From: Armatimonadota bacterium
GTDB lineage: Bacteria; Armatimonadota; UBA5829; DTLH01
Assembly (NCBI GenBank): GCA_038207085.1
Contig: JBBRAE010000002.1
Span: forward strand, 64,001-128,000
DNA: 64,000 nt
Reading direction: 5' to 3'
Within the stretch, counting starts at the first letter, position 1; each line of letters starts with the position of its first letter. A program made the position numbers and the translations under genes. Below are positions 47,938 to 58,561 of the stretch, piece after piece. Under the pieces are notes generated by a model. The model was not told where the DNA came from. It saw nothing but the letters and a program-made list of their open reading frames with translations, and made no database searches.

Positions 47938-47972
47938 TGGCAGCATCAGAATAGCCAGGAGCCTTCTGGTTG
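47938..47972 (+). repeat. 35-bp direct repeat, copy 1
   Basis: TGGCAGCATCAGAATAGCCAGGAGCCTTCTGGTTG; 34/35 identical to 48643-48677. Confidence 0.85.
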
Positions 47973-48642
47973 TGCAGTTCGTTTCGGTTCGTTTTCACGC
48001 TCGAATTCACGGTATTTCAGTTCGTATTTCACGCTTGGGCTGAGCGTGAAATGAGTTCGTTCTAGAGCTTTTCACACTTTTCCTCCCGATCCATTGAGGT
48101 AGTGAACGGGATGAGGGCACTGAATGCCATATTGGTGGAAGGTCTCGTTGTCTATGAGTAGTTGTATATTAATAATATACATTATTGGGCAGGAAATCAA
48201 GGGATAAAGTGGGGTGATTTTGGGGTATTTGTGCGAACGGGTGTGCGAGCGGTGTGTGGGATTTATGGAGCCGATGCAGCCCCCTCACCCTCGATGGGGG
48301 ACTTGATCGCATCGTGCCGGGAGACGCTGCACCATCAGAATCACTGAAACGAAACGGTGAAGGGGATTAGCTTCCGGTGGTTGCAGCACGTTGCGAGATT
48401 GTAGGAGCGCACCCTTCGAGAGCCTCAGGGTGAGGGGTTGGTTTGGGTGTAGGTATGAGAGGTTGGAGAGGTTGTACCGCGACCACCAATCTATCAAATA
48501 TAGATCAATGTAAAGCCAATCACGTTGAGGCTCTAGAAACGTGCGCACCACCCAAGCTACCGGCTTCCACCGCAAACTGTCGTAGCTCCACCCGAATATA
48601 CAAAGTGAGAAGGACACGTGGTCGCCACCGTATCCGGAAAAA

Positions 48643-48677
48643 TGGCAGCATCAGAATAGCCAGGAGCCTTCCGGTTG
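48643..48677 (+). repeat. 35-bp direct repeat, copy 2
   Basis: TGGCAGCATCAGAATAGCCAGGAGCCTTCCGGTTG. Confidence 0.85.
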
Positions 48678-48780
48678 GTCAGCCTTCTCTCGTACCTTGG
48701 GATATATACGTAGACGCTCATGCGGTTGCCCCTTAACTTACTCTTCTTGAAGTCCCTTCTTCGATGCTCCCCTTTGACAG

Positions 48781-49200
48781 CTAGTTCTTCCTGAACTTTG
48801 TAAGCACCACGCGACCGCCGTCGTCGTTTGACAGTTTCACTTGGTCCATCAGGATGCGCATCAGAGGGATACCCCGGCCTCGGGATGAGTCGGTTGTCGG
48901 CATTTCCGGAAGGGTTATCTTGGGGATGCCATTGCCCTGGTCGTGGATTTCTACTACAAAGCGGTCGGGGTAGACCTGGGCGATTACGGTGATCTGGTTC
49001 TCTTCGCCAAGGGGGGAGCCGTGCGTGGCGGCGTTGGTGACGGCCTCAAAGGCGGCTGTCACGATTCGCTGCACCTCACGCTCGGGGAATTCGGTCTGAA
49101 GGGCGGCGTGCTCTATCAGATCGCGGACGCGGCGGAGGTGGTCCAGTCGGCTTGGGATAGTGATCTTGGTCTGCGTGACAGGCGCTTGGTCCTGGGCCAT
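48781..49200 (-). CDS. anti-sigma factor Ser/Thr kinase (RsbW-like)
   Basis: EAVTNAATHG, IHDQGNG, RGRGIPLMRILMD. Confidence 0.9.
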   Translation of the reverse strand: MAQDQAPVTQTKITIPSRLDHLRRVRDLIEHAALQTEFPEREVQRIVTAAFEAVTNAATHGSPLGEENQITVIAQVYPDRFVVEIHDQGNGIPKITLPEMPTTDSSRGRGIPLMRILMDQVKLSNDDGGRVVLTKFRKN

Positions 49201-49202
49201 GC

Positions 49203-49514
49203 TCAGGGATCGACGTCCATCACAGCGTTGAAACCGGTGATCGTCAGCACCGTCTGAGGCTGGCTTCCATCGGCGACGTTTACCTTCAGCCGCTCGCCCT
49301 GCGCCATCAGCTTGCGGTTGATGACAAGCAGCTGCTCAAGGCCTGCGGAGTCGATGTAGTCCGTCCCGGTAAGGTCAACGACAAACCGCCGCTGTTCCCG
49401 CGACTCGGCGGCCTTGGCTGCGGCAGCCTGAAAAGTGGGCACCGATGTGAGGTCCAGGTCACCCTCGACTTTGATATTGATCTCTTCTAAAGTTTCGTTG
49501 GTATGAATAGCCAT
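49203..49514 (-). CDS. anti-sigma factor antagonist (STAS, RsbV/SpoIIAA-like)
   Basis: VEGDLD, VDLTGTDYIDSAGL with phosphorylatable Ser. Confidence 0.9.
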   Translation of the reverse strand: MAIHTNETLEEINIKVEGDLDLTSVPTFQAAAAKAAESREQRRFVVDLTGTDYIDSAGLEQLLVINRKLMAQGERLKVNVADGSQPQTVLTITGFNAVMDVDP

Positions 49515-49560
49515 TGGCGCAAATTATCCAATTCTGCGAGTGTCGATCTTGTGGCGAGAA

Positions 49561-50061
49561 CTATTCCTCGCTCGGTGTGTCAGCAGGGACTTTCATCTCG
49601 ATTATCCGCGCTGAGATCGACGCCAGAGCCGCAGCGACATCTTCAGCCGTCGCCGCTTTACTGCCATCTGTTATTATCGGCGAGTCGCCACCCAAATATT
49701 TACCTGTTTTTAGCGCCGCAAGGGCATCACTTGCCCATTTGGGCGCGCCAGAGACCGCGTTTGCAGTCTCGACAGGCTTCTTCGTCTCACCCTTTGGCTG
49801 CGCTATCGGCGCAAGCAGCTCGGTCACTCGCGCAAGCACCACGGCAAGCTCGTACCGCGTAACCGGACGGTCGCCTTTGAACTCGCCGTCAGGGTAGCCC
49901 TTAAGTATCCCCATATCCGAAAGCAAATTAAGCGAGTCGCCGGCCCAGTGGTCCTCCGGCACATCAGTATATGCCGGTTTGTCCTTGGCCTGCTCACCCT
50001 CAGCCGAACACGGCAGAACACAAGCGAAAGCGAGAAAGAGGACAGTCGCCCAGGTTTTCAT
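49561..50061 (-). CDS. S-layer homology (SLH) domain protein
   Basis: Signal peptide; YTDVPEDHWA...GYPDGEFKGDRPVTRYELA. Confidence 0.9.
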   Translation of the reverse strand: MKTWATVLFLAFACVLPCSAEGEQAKDKPAYTDVPEDHWAGDSLNLLSDMGILKGYPDGEFKGDRPVTRYELAVVLARVTELLAPIAQPKGETKKPVETANAVSGAPKWASDALAALKTGKYLGGDSPIITDGSKAATAEDVAAALASISARIIEMKVPADTPSEE

Positions 50062-50093
50062 ATTGTTATCCGCCTTCTTAAGCGGCGGCTGAG

Positions 50094-51113
50094 TTACTCG
50101 ACCCCGCTCAGGATGAAGTTTTCACGAATCTCGTCGAACTCGTCAAGCGCGCGTCCGGTGCCAAGCGCAACGCAGGAAAGCGCATCTTCAGCTACATGTA
50201 TCGGGATGTTGGTCTCGATCGCGAGGAGCTTGTCGAGCCCCCGCAGGAGCGCTCCGCCGCCTGTAAGCATCACACCGCGCTCGATGATGTCGCTTGCAAG
50301 CTCCGGAGGCGTGATCTCCAAAACACTCTTTACCCGGTCTACCACGGTGCTTACCGGTTCGGAAAGCGCCGCGCGAATCTCTTCGCTCGTCACCTCAACG
50401 GTTTTAGGAAGCCCCGCGACCATATCGCGGCCTCTGACCTCAAGGGTCATCTCGGTTGCGAGCGGATAGGCAGAACCTATCTTGATCTTGATCTCTTCAG
50501 CGGTGCGCTCACCGATCATAAGGTTGTAGCGGTTCTTGATGTGGCGGGCGATAACCTCGTCCATCTTGTTTCCGCCCAAGCGAATCGAGCGGGCTACGAC
50601 GATGCCGCCGAGCGAAATCACAGCGATATCGGTCGTTCCGCCGCCGATGTCGACGACCATGTTGCCGCCAGGGGTGGAGATTGGAAGCCCTGCGCCGATC
50701 GCGGCCGCCATCGGCTCTTCAATCGGGTAGGCCTCGTCGGCTCCGGCGCTTTTGGCAGCCTGGATGACCGCGCGCTTCTCAACGCTTGTGACGCCCGAAG
50801 GCACGCATACGAGGACTTTGGGCTTGAAAAATCGCTTGCGTCCGCAGACTTTGGCGATCAAATACTCCAGCATCTTCTGGGTGGTGGTATAGTCGGCGAT
50901 TACCCCGTCGCACATGGGACGCACGGCGACAATATTGCCAGGAGTCCGCCCGATCATCAGGCGTGCCTCCTCACCTACTGCAAGAACTTTTTTGGTTGTC
51001 GTTGAGAGAGCAACTACACTCGGCTCCCGAAGGACTATGCCCTTTCCCTTCAAGAATACGACTATATTTGCAGTCCCCAGATCAATTCCGAGCTCCGGGA
51101 CTAAACTGAACAC
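50094..51113 (-). CDS. mreB: rod shape-determining protein MreB/Mbl
   Basis: [39 protein letters not shown]. Confidence 0.95.
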   Translation of the reverse strand: MFSLVPELGIDLGTANIVVFLKGKGIVLREPSVVALSTTTKKVLAVGEEARLMIGRTPGNIVAVRPMCDGVIADYTTTQKMLEYLIAKVCGRKRFFKPKVLVCVPSGVTSVEKRAVIQAAKSAGADEAYPIEEPMAAAIGAGLPISTPGGNMVVDIGGGTTDIAVISLGGIVVARSIRLGGNKMDEVIARHIKNRYNLMIGERTAEEIKIKIGSAYPLATEMTLEVRGRDMVAGLPKTVEVTSEEIRAALSEPVSTVVDRVKSVLEITPPELASDIIERGVMLTGGGALLRGLDKLLAIETNIPIHVAEDALSCVALGTGRALDEFDEIRENFILSGVE

Positions 51114-52387
51114 AGAGCGTTACCTCTACTTTCCGATCCTTCTCTTGCCACATTGCCGCCAAGTGCCTGAAGCTTCTCGGCCATGCACTCATAACCGCGG
51201 TCGAGGTGCTCCAGCCCGGTGATTTCGGACTGTCCCTCGGCTGCAAGCGCAGCGACCACAAGGGCGGCTCCGGCTCGAAGGTCACTTGACGTAACCTGAG
51301 CTCCGGTAAGCCGCTCCACACCCTTTATTATAGCAGTTCTGCCGTCCTGTTTGATGTCAGCGCCCATTCTCTGCAGCTCGCTTATATACTTGAACCTGCG
51401 CTCGTAGACGTTTTCGGTGATGATTGACGTGCCCTGCGCGACAGCCAGGAGCGCGGCAAACGGCTGCTGCATATCAGTCGGGAATCCGGGGTGGGGCATC
51501 GTCACAACGTCGGTCGCAAGTGGACGGGCGTTTGCGCGGACGCGGATCCAGTTGTCTTCGGCGGTCACAACCGCTCCGGCCTCGCGAAGCTTGAGTAGGA
51601 ACGGCTCAAGGTGCTTTAGGCAGACCCGCTCGATTCTTACGTCGCCCTGGGTGATCGCGGCTGCTACGGCGAAGGTGCCTGCTTCCATGCGGTCGGCGAT
51701 GATCTCGTGCTCCACCGCGCGAAGCTCCTGGACGCCTTCGATTTTGATAGTAGTAGTCCCCGCGCCTTCGATTTGTGCGCCCATTTTAACAAGAAAATCG
51801 GCGAGGTCGGTGATCTCGGGCTCCATCGCGGCGTTTTGGATGACGGTTACGCCCTGGGCAAGGCATGCAGCGGTCATAATGTGCTGGGTCGCGCCTGCGC
51901 TTGGGAAATCGAGATAGATCTCCGAGCCCTGCAGCTTATCTGCTTCGGCCTCGACAAACCCGTGGCCGGTGGTGATAAACGCGCCCAAGGCCTGGATGCC
52001 TTTTACGTGGAAGTCGATCGGCCGCGCACCGATGTCGCACCCGCCGGGCATCGCGACTCTTGCGTGACCCATGCGGGCGACAAGCGGGCCAAGGACGTTG
52101 AATGAGGCCCTCATCTTACGTACGAGCTCGTACGGGGCTTCGTTTGAAAGCAGTTCGGTTGCGTCGATTGCGACGGTCGAGCCGTCGGTCACTTCGCACT
52201 GGGCTCCAAGTGAGCGGAGCATTTCGACCATTGTATAGATATCACCGATCCTCGGAACGTTTGTGAGGACGGTGCGACCTTTTGCAAGGAGTGTGGCAGC
52301 CAGAATCGCGAGCGTGCTGTTCTTGCTGCCGCTTGCGTTGATGCTTCCCTTAAGCGGGACGCCACCATTTATAACAAGTTTGTCCAA
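51101..52387 (-). CDS. murA: UDP-N-acetylglucosamine 1-carboxyvinyltransferase
   Basis: [41 protein letters not shown]. Confidence 0.96.
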   Translation of the reverse strand: MDKLVINGGVPLKGSINASGSKNSTLAILAATLLAKGRTVLTNVPRIGDIYTMVEMLRSLGAQCEVTDGSTVAIDATELLSNEAPYELVRKMRASFNVLGPLVARMGHARVAMPGGCDIGARPIDFHVKGIQALGAFITTGHGFVEAEADKLQGSEIYLDFPSAGATQHIMTAACLAQGVTVIQNAAMEPEITDLADFLVKMGAQIEGAGTTTIKIEGVQELRAVEHEIIADRMEAGTFAVAAAITQGDVRIERVCLKHLEPFLLKLREAGAVVTAEDNWIRVRANARPLATDVVTMPHPGFPTDMQQPFAALLAVAQGTSIITENVYERRFKYISELQRMGADIKQDGRTAIIKGVERLTGAQVTSSDLRAGAALVVAALAAEGQSEITGLEHLDRGYECMAEKLQALGGNVAREGSESRGNALCSV

Positions 52388-52892
52388 TATTTGATAACCT
52401 CCTGTAAGAGGAGGCCGTTGCTCCTCTCCCAGGCCCTCCCTGTGAGCACAGATAATATACTTTTTGAGGCAGCGCACACAGCGCCACCGGCTCAAGTATA
52501 GATGAAGGCCGGGACAGTGTCAAGCAACGCGCCCTATCCTCGCGTTAATTATTCACCAAACGCCTGTAAATTTGCTCATTTGGCACTATGTAGACGCGAC
52601 TTAGACACAAATAGCGAGCATGTCATCACCAATTGTACCCATTGGTTAATGGCTGCTAAGCACAGTGTCCGCCGGTCCGGGTCTTGGGCAGATGCGGCAG
52701 GGCGTCGCCGAATCGCCGGTTTCTATTCATTATAACGCGCAAACCCCCTGAAAGGTTTACAATCTCATCTATTGCGTTTTGACGGATTCTGAGCGTGAAA
52801 GTTCCCCTCTTCCATTAGGCGGCCTGTTTCTGCGATAATAGAGGGTTGAAACAACATGAACAGGTAAAGTGAATATGGAGGTATGAAACGCT

Positions 52893-53723
52893 ATGTCCTG
52901 TGAAAACAATGGCCTTGCCGGTGAGTGGGGCCTTATACTCGGATCTTCAAGTGGGTTCGGCGCGGCGTGTGCAATCGAGCTCGCCAAGTCCGGGATGAAC
53001 ATCTTTGGGGTCCACTTTGATCGAAAGCCGACGATGCCGGTCGCCGAAGCTACGATCAAGGCGATCCGAAACGAAGGGGTTGAAGTAGAGTTCTTCAACG
53101 TAAACGCAGCCGACGCCGAAAAGCGCGCGATGGTGATCGAGAAGATCGCGGAGAGGCTTTCCCCCGAGGGTAAGAGCCTGCGCATGCTCCTGCACTCCCT
53201 TGCGTTTGGGAGCACCCGGCCCTATGTCTCGTCGACCCCCGGCGAGCAGACCACCCGCCCGCAGCTCGATATGACGCTCGACGTTATGGCGAACAGCCTC
53301 GTCTACTGGACGCAGGACCTCGTCACCCGGGACCTTCTGGGCTACGGGGGAAGGATCATCGGAATGACCAGCGCCGGAGGCGAGCGCGTTTGGCCCTACT
53401 ACGGCGCGGTCTCGGCGGCAAAGGCGGCGATGGAGTCCCACATCCGGCAGCTTGCCTTTGAGCTTGCCGGCAAGGGGATTACCGCAAACGCGCTTCGAGC
53501 GGGCGTAACCGACACCGCTGCGCTTCGCAAGATCCCAGACCACGAGATCATGATCCAGTTCTCCGAGGCCCGCAACCCGATGGGCCGCCTCACCGTGCCC
53601 CAGGACGTGGCAAACGCCGTGGTTCTCCTGGCAAGCCCGAGATCCCAGTGGATCACCGGCAACGTCATAGGAGTCGACGGCGGCGAGTTCATCGTGGACT
53701 GCGGACACTGCCGCATCGAGTAG
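52893..53723 (+). CDS. SDR oxidoreductase, enoyl-ACP reductase (FabI/FabL-like)
   Basis: LGSSSGFG, YGAVSAAKAAME, AGVTDT, WITGNVIGVDGG. Confidence 0.85.
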   Translation: MSCENNGLAGEWGLILGSSSGFGAACAIELAKSGMNIFGVHFDRKPTMPVAEATIKAIRNEGVEVEFFNVNAADAEKRAMVIEKIAERLSPEGKSLRMLLHSLAFGSTRPYVSSTPGEQTTRPQLDMTLDVMANSLVYWTQDLVTRDLLGYGGRIIGMTSAGGERVWPYYGAVSAAKAAMESHIRQLAFELAGKGITANALRAGVTDTAALRKIPDHEIMIQFSEARNPMGRLTVPQDVANAVVLLASPRSQWITGNVIGVDGGEFIVDCGHCRIE

Positions 53724-53858
53724 AAACTATGAATAGAGTTGCTCTGCCGGGGTTTGCTCCGGCAGAGCTTGGGAATAATGTGAAGTACGACGGGTTGCGC
53801 ATTGTCGCGATTTCCTATAGAATATCTGTACATTATTGTTCACATTTGTTACCATTCT

Positions 53859-56345
53859 ATGAAAAACATCGATGACAGGATAAGAAGAGCAGTTGAAATA
53901 GTGGCCGATGAGTCGACCGAAGTGGCGGCGTTGATAGACACCGCGGACGACTTCCGCATCGTCTGGGCAAACCGCAGGCTGAAAGATTTTTTGAAGACCG
54001 CCGCGGTTGCTCCAGAAGGTATGCGCTGGGGCGGACGCTGCCCGTTTGCCTTCGGCATAAACGCGATCGCGGCGATGAACCAGGTCATCGCGACCGGTGA
54101 GCCGATTCACATCGAGGAGCAGCCGTTTGGCGCGCGTGTCTCGAACCGCTTTGGCGAAACCACCTACTGGAACTGGAAAATCCTGCCCGCCCCAAGTGAT
54201 GAATGTCCCTCCTGCGTGCTTGTCATGGCCGAAAACGTGACCGATCGGGTCGCCCGGAAAGCCCTGGAGCAGGGTAGGGAGCCGCATTTCAGTGGGGTCG
54301 TCCTCGATCTGCCCGTCGGGGTCGCTACAATAGACCCCCACGACTACCGAATTCTCGACGCAAACGATATCTGGCTTTCCTATCTGTCTCCCGAGTGCCA
54401 GACGCGCGACAGCATAGGCCGGACTCTTCCCGAATGTGTGTCGGACTTTGAGGGCAGTGGACTAAAGCCCATTATTGAACGTGTGGTCGGGACACGGGAG
54501 CTTTTCACCGCCAGCGAGCTTGAGATCAAAGACCCCGCCCGCGGCTCCATCTGGTGGAACATCACCCTTAGGTTTGTTGAGGTCAAAGAGAGCCGCGAGG
54601 CCATTCTAATGACCGCATGGGACGTGACAGAGCATGTCAACGCCCGAAAGCTTGCCGACTCAGCCCGTCAGCGGGCGCTGGCGCTTTTGAAGGTGCAGAC
54701 TGCAATCACTTCCTCGCTTGCCCTCGACCAGATGCTTGGTCTGATCACCGATTCCACCCGAGAGCTTGTGAGTTCGACCGCTGCCGCGGTGCTGTTGCTC
54801 ACCGAAAACGGTGAGGAGTTTCTCGTTCCGGTGGCCAGTAGCGGCATGTCGGTGCAGAGCGCGTGCGTTGTCCCGCTCGATTTGCACTCAAGTCTTGCGG
54901 CGCGGGCGCTTCGGGAAAGGCGACCGGTGACGCTTGTCGGCCCTGAGGCTGCAAAGCTGCAGTGTTTGGCCGGGATTCTTGATGGCAGGCCGGTTCTCTC
55001 AGTTGCGTCAGCTCCGATTGTGGCCGAAGGCCGGATGCTTGGAGTGATAGAGGCATACTCGGACGCACAGCGCAGGTTCACCAACGACGAACTTGAGGCG
55101 CTCCACAGCCTTGCGGGAAGCGCGGCGACGGCGATCGTCAACGCGAAGCTTTTTCAGGCATCAAGCGACGCCCACGACGAGCTTGTGGTGCGCTCGCGGA
55201 CTATTGACAACGAGCGAAAGCTCCTGATCGCGATTCTCGACAGCCTGCCGGAGGCCGTCGCAGTTGCCGACGCAAGCCGCAGGCTCGTGCGGGCAAATGA
55301 GGCCGCGCGCAACCTCTACACAGCTAAAGAGGGCGAGGAGCTTTCCATCACTGATCTGACCGTGCGCATGCGACCCCAGTCAGTCGACGGCCGGGATCTA
55401 TCTCCTGAGGAGCACCCGCTGCTGCGGGCTTTGTCGGGCGAGGCGTTCTTGAACGAAGAGTACGTTGTCCACGATGTGAGTGACGAACCCCGCTTTAGAA
55501 GTGTGAGTGGCGCCGCAGTGCGCGACCCAGTGGGCAACGTCGTCTATGGCGTGACCATTGGGCGTGATATCACCGAACAGAAGCTTTTGCAATCCAGGCT
55601 TGAGGCTGCGCTCGAGCGAGAGCAGAAGATCGCCCAGACTCTGCAAAGGGCGCTCATGTCCGAGGTCCCCGCGTACATGAGCGGCTTCAGACTTGCGGCG
55701 GTCTATGAAGCGGGCCTGCGGGAAGCGGAGATCGGCGGCGATTTTTTCGATATCTTTTCCCCGCGCGCGGGGACTGTCGCAATCGTGATAGGGGACGTCG
55801 CGGGCAAGGGCCTCGGCGCGGCGATCCAGATAGCCTCGGCCAAGTACGGCATCAGGAGCTACGCCTACCAGGACGCCTCCCCCGCGCACGTCGTCGCGTT
55901 GATGAACGAATCGATGTACCGCGAGCCACCCGATGGCGGGTTCGTCAGCATGTTCTATGCGATTGTGGATGTAGAGGCGCAGACCCTCACCTTTGCAAAC
56001 GCGGGGCATGAGCCTCCTCTGCTTCGCCGAAGAGGTGGGCAGGTGGAGCGACTCTTGTCAAACGGCATCGTACTCGGCGTTCGCTCCGGGATGGAGTATG
56101 AAGAGGGCCGAACCGACATCTACCCCGGCGACAGGCTGCTCCTCTACACCGACGGCATCACCGAGGCGCGCAAGGATGGCGGAGAGATGCTCGGCGAGGA
56201 CCGACTGCGCGAGTATTGGAGCGCGTGTGGCGAGGCCAACGCCGCCGATGCGCTCGACCGCGTCTACCACTGGGCCCGGGACTTTTCAGAAGGCCACTTC
56301 CACGACGATGTCGCGATGATGGTCATCGCGCGGGAAGATGGGTAG
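53859..56345 (+). CDS. cytoplasmic PAS/GAF sensor PP2C phosphatase (RsbU/SpoIIE)
   Basis: Multiple PAS domains, a GAF domain, IGGDFFD, GDVAGKG, NAGHEPP, YTDGITE, DDVA. Confidence 0.9.
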   Translation: MKNIDDRIRRAVEIVADESTEVAALIDTADDFRIVWANRRLKDFLKTAAVAPEGMRWGGRCPFAFGINAIAAMNQVIATGEPIHIEEQPFGARVSNRFGETTYWNWKILPAPSDECPSCVLVMAENVTDRVARKALEQGREPHFSGVVLDLPVGVATIDPHDYRILDANDIWLSYLSPECQTRDSIGRTLPECVSDFEGSGLKPIIERVVGTRELFTASELEIKDPARGSIWWNITLRFVEVKESREAILMTAWDVTEHVNARKLADSARQRALALLKVQTAITSSLALDQMLGLITDSTRELVSSTAAAVLLLTENGEEFLVPVASSGMSVQSACVVPLDLHSSLAARALRERRPVTLVGPEAAKLQCLAGILDGRPVLSVASAPIVAEGRMLGVIEAYSDAQRRFTNDELEALHSLAGSAATAIVNAKLFQASSDAHDELVVRSRTIDNERKLLIAILDSLPEAVAVADASRRLVRANEAARNLYTAKEGEELSITDLTVRMRPQSVDGRDLSPEEHPLLRALSGEAFLNEEYVVHDVSDEPRFRSVSGAAVRDPVGNVVYGVTIGRDITEQKLLQSRLEAALEREQKIAQTLQRALMSEVPAYMSGFRLAAVYEAGLREAEIGGDFFDIFSPRAGTVAIVIGDVAGKGLGAAIQIASAKYGIRSYAYQDASPAHVVALMNESMYREPPDGGFVSMFYAIVDVEAQTLTFANAGHEPPLLRRRGGQVERLLSNGIVLGVRSGMEYEEGRTDIYPGDRLLLYTDGITEARKDGGEMLGEDRLREYWSACGEANAADALDRVYHWARDFSEGHFHDDVAMMVIAREDG

Positions 56346-56425
56346 GGAGTGCAGAGCAAGAAAAGAGATCGTGCCTAGTCTCCCGACTAGGCACGCGCAT
56401 TTAAGGGGGTCTCCTGACCCCGATT

Positions 56426-57178
56426 CTACTTGTTGATCTTCACGACTTTCAGATCAAACGTGCCGTCGTCCCTGAAATCTCCGATTATGTAGTGAAAAAA
56501 CGGCTTATCCCCGACTAGTGGCGCGCCCGCGCCGCCGGTTGTAACGTGGACGACCTTGTTCTTGGCGCCTCTGAAGTAGTTGTGCCAGTGCGCGCCTAAG
56601 ACCACTTTTACCCCGCTTGACTCCACAAGCGAGAGCACGCGTTCGCGCTCCGGGTTTTCCATGACATGACCGCCGGCGGGTGGGCACCAGAGCGGCTTGT
56701 GGACGGCGATTGCGACGTATTCGTGCGCGGATTTGGCGTCGACGAGCTCGCGCTTTAGCCACGACCACTGAATGTCACCAAGTGTTTTGCGCGAGTTGTC
56801 GAGGAATATGAAGCGCCAGCGCCCGACCTGCTTCGTGAAGTAGGCGGGGCCGACCATCCGCTCGTAGCGGGTTGTGTCCCGGCCACGCTCGTGGTTTCCG
56901 GCGATCGCGACAACCGGGACCTTCACTTTGGCTATAGTGGCGTTGTAGTTCTCGAACTCTTTTTCGCTTGCCCCGCCGGTCATATCCCCAAGATGCATGA
57001 AAAGCGCGAGGTTGGGGATCTTGTTCGACTGTTTGACGATCTCCGGCAGCACGCCGCGTGTGTCGTTTCTGCTGTCGCCTGCGATCAACACCTTTTCGGC
57101 AAACGATGGGACAGCAAGAACAGCAGCGGCGATGGAAAGTGCGATTATGCGCCTTAGCGCTCTTTTAGTTTGGTCCAA
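56426..57178 (-). CDS. secreted metallophosphoesterase
   Basis: Signal peptide; GDSR, GDM, GNHE, HKP, AHWH, GGAGAP. Confidence 0.85.
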   Translation of the reverse strand: MDQTKRALRRIIALSIAAAVLAVPSFAEKVLIAGDSRNDTRGVLPEIVKQSNKIPNLALFMHLGDMTGGASEKEFENYNATIAKVKVPVVAIAGNHERGRDTTRYERMVGPAYFTKQVGRWRFIFLDNSRKTLGDIQWSWLKRELVDAKSAHEYVAIAVHKPLWCPPAGGHVMENPERERVLSLVESSGVKVVLGAHWHNYFRGAKNKVVHVTTGGAGAPLVGDKPFFHYIIGDFRDDGTFDLKVVKINK

Positions 57179-57882
57179 GGTTCTATCTCCAAAAAGCTTC
57201 CCGGGATGGTCTCGACCATCTCGATCAGCATCCCGTAGGTGAATGATATCGTGAGATAACGTTTGTCTTCTTTGGGCCGGGCGGCGGGGTCGATCATCCC
57301 GATTATCCCCTTTGGCTCGGGTTTCCCGATCTGCGCCCGAGGCTCGGAGACGATGCTTCCGCAGCCCGAGGTCATCGGCGCGATCACCGCGTCTTTGCCC
57401 GTTCTTCCGTAGTTCGCGAGCCAGAATAGCCCGGAGAACTGGTCAGGCTCGGCAAAGAAAATCACGACTTCAGGCTCGACGCTCTCCGGCACGTCTTGGA
57501 GCCTCTGAAAGACGCAGTAGTCGCCCTTTGCCGCGACGTACTCGAAGCTCTCTATAAACGAGCGTGCGAGCTCCGGCGTCTTTTTAAACCGCTCGCCTTT
57601 GCCCTCTTCGTCGTGGGACAGAAAATACTCGAACCCGGGTCGGGTATTGGGCTCCCAGCCCAGAAACTTCGCTGCGCCCATGCAGCCGGGGTTGTCCTTG
57701 TGGATGACCATCGGTTTGCCAGAGCGCACAGCCCCAAGCCTGCCGATGTGGCAGAAGTGCGGCCCTTGGCAGTTCCACTCAAACGCGCCTGCGATCGCAT
57801 CGTTCGTGTAGTATACCGCGACAGGCGGTGGTAGCGTGCCGATCGCTTCGGTTATTTTCTCACTAAGCTCTTTGTGGGTCAT
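57154..57882 (-). CDS. DUF169 family protein
   Basis: GCMGAAKFLG, ERFKKTPELA, EPEVVIFF, SGCGSIV. Confidence 0.75.
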   Translation of the reverse strand: MTHKELSEKITEAIGTLPPPVAVYYTNDAIAGAFEWNCQGPHFCHIGRLGAVRSGKPMVIHKDNPGCMGAAKFLGWEPNTRPGFEYFLSHDEEGKGERFKKTPELARSFIESFEYVAAKGDYCVFQRLQDVPESVEPEVVIFFAEPDQFSGLFWLANYGRTGKDAVIAPMTSGCGSIVSEPRAQIGKPEPKGIIGMIDPAARPKEDKRYLTISFTYGMLIEMVETIPGSFLEIEPWTKLKER

Positions 57883-58015
57883 GGCGTAACCTCTCACTTT
57901 AGATTATTACTCAATGATACCCCTTGTGAGACGTGTGCGCAATTGGGTAATTAATATTGGGTAGGAAGATCAGACTCAGTCGTCTTGTGCTGGGTCTGTT
58001 CGGAGGTAAATTGAG

Positions 58016-58495
58016 ATGGAACAGCTTAAAGAACGCGAGCTGATGCCGGGTTTCCGGCTTCATTCTGTGCGTGGTGATATTGTCGGCCCGGATGACTACC
58101 GAGGCCAAAAGAACTTGCTCTTGGTGTTTTTTGCAATCGAGTGCGAGGAATGCGGTCAGTTTCTTGAGGACGCGGCAGAGCGTTATGATGATTATGTAGA
58201 GGCAAACTCGGAGATTCTGGTGATTGGCGACGCTCCCGAGTCGGACCTGCGGGACATCTCAGAGGGGCTGCATCTGCCGTTTCCGGTGCTCTCAGACCCC
58301 GAAGGGGTGGTACTGAACCAATATACAAACGGCATTCCGACTCTGATCGTCCTCGACCGATACGGCGAGATAAAGATGATCAAGCGTCTGGCGAACGGAG
58401 AGCACATTCCCGACCAGGATCAACTGCTCACGCAGCTTCAATTAAACGAGCTTGAATGCCCGGAGTGCGGCGTCACAACGTGGCCTGTAACGTAA
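58016..58495 (+). CDS. AhpC/TSA redoxin domain protein
   Basis: DYRGQKNLLLVFF, CEEC, PFPVLSDP; C-terminal CPECG. Confidence 0.82.
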   Translation: MEQLKERELMPGFRLHSVRGDIVGPDDYRGQKNLLLVFFAIECEECGQFLEDAAERYDDYVEANSEILVIGDAPESDLRDISEGLHLPFPVLSDPEGVVLNQYTNGIPTLIVLDRYGEIKMIKRLANGEHIPDQDQLLTQLQLNELECPECGVTTWPVT

Positions 58496-58561
58496 ATAGG
58501 TGAGATAAAATGTTGGGGGTTGGGGGCCGGCAAAAGAACCGACCCCCTTCTTTTTTGACTA

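Noticed and set aside
47938..48677. CRISPR array
   Set aside because: Only two repeats, about 670 bp apart, and no cas genes
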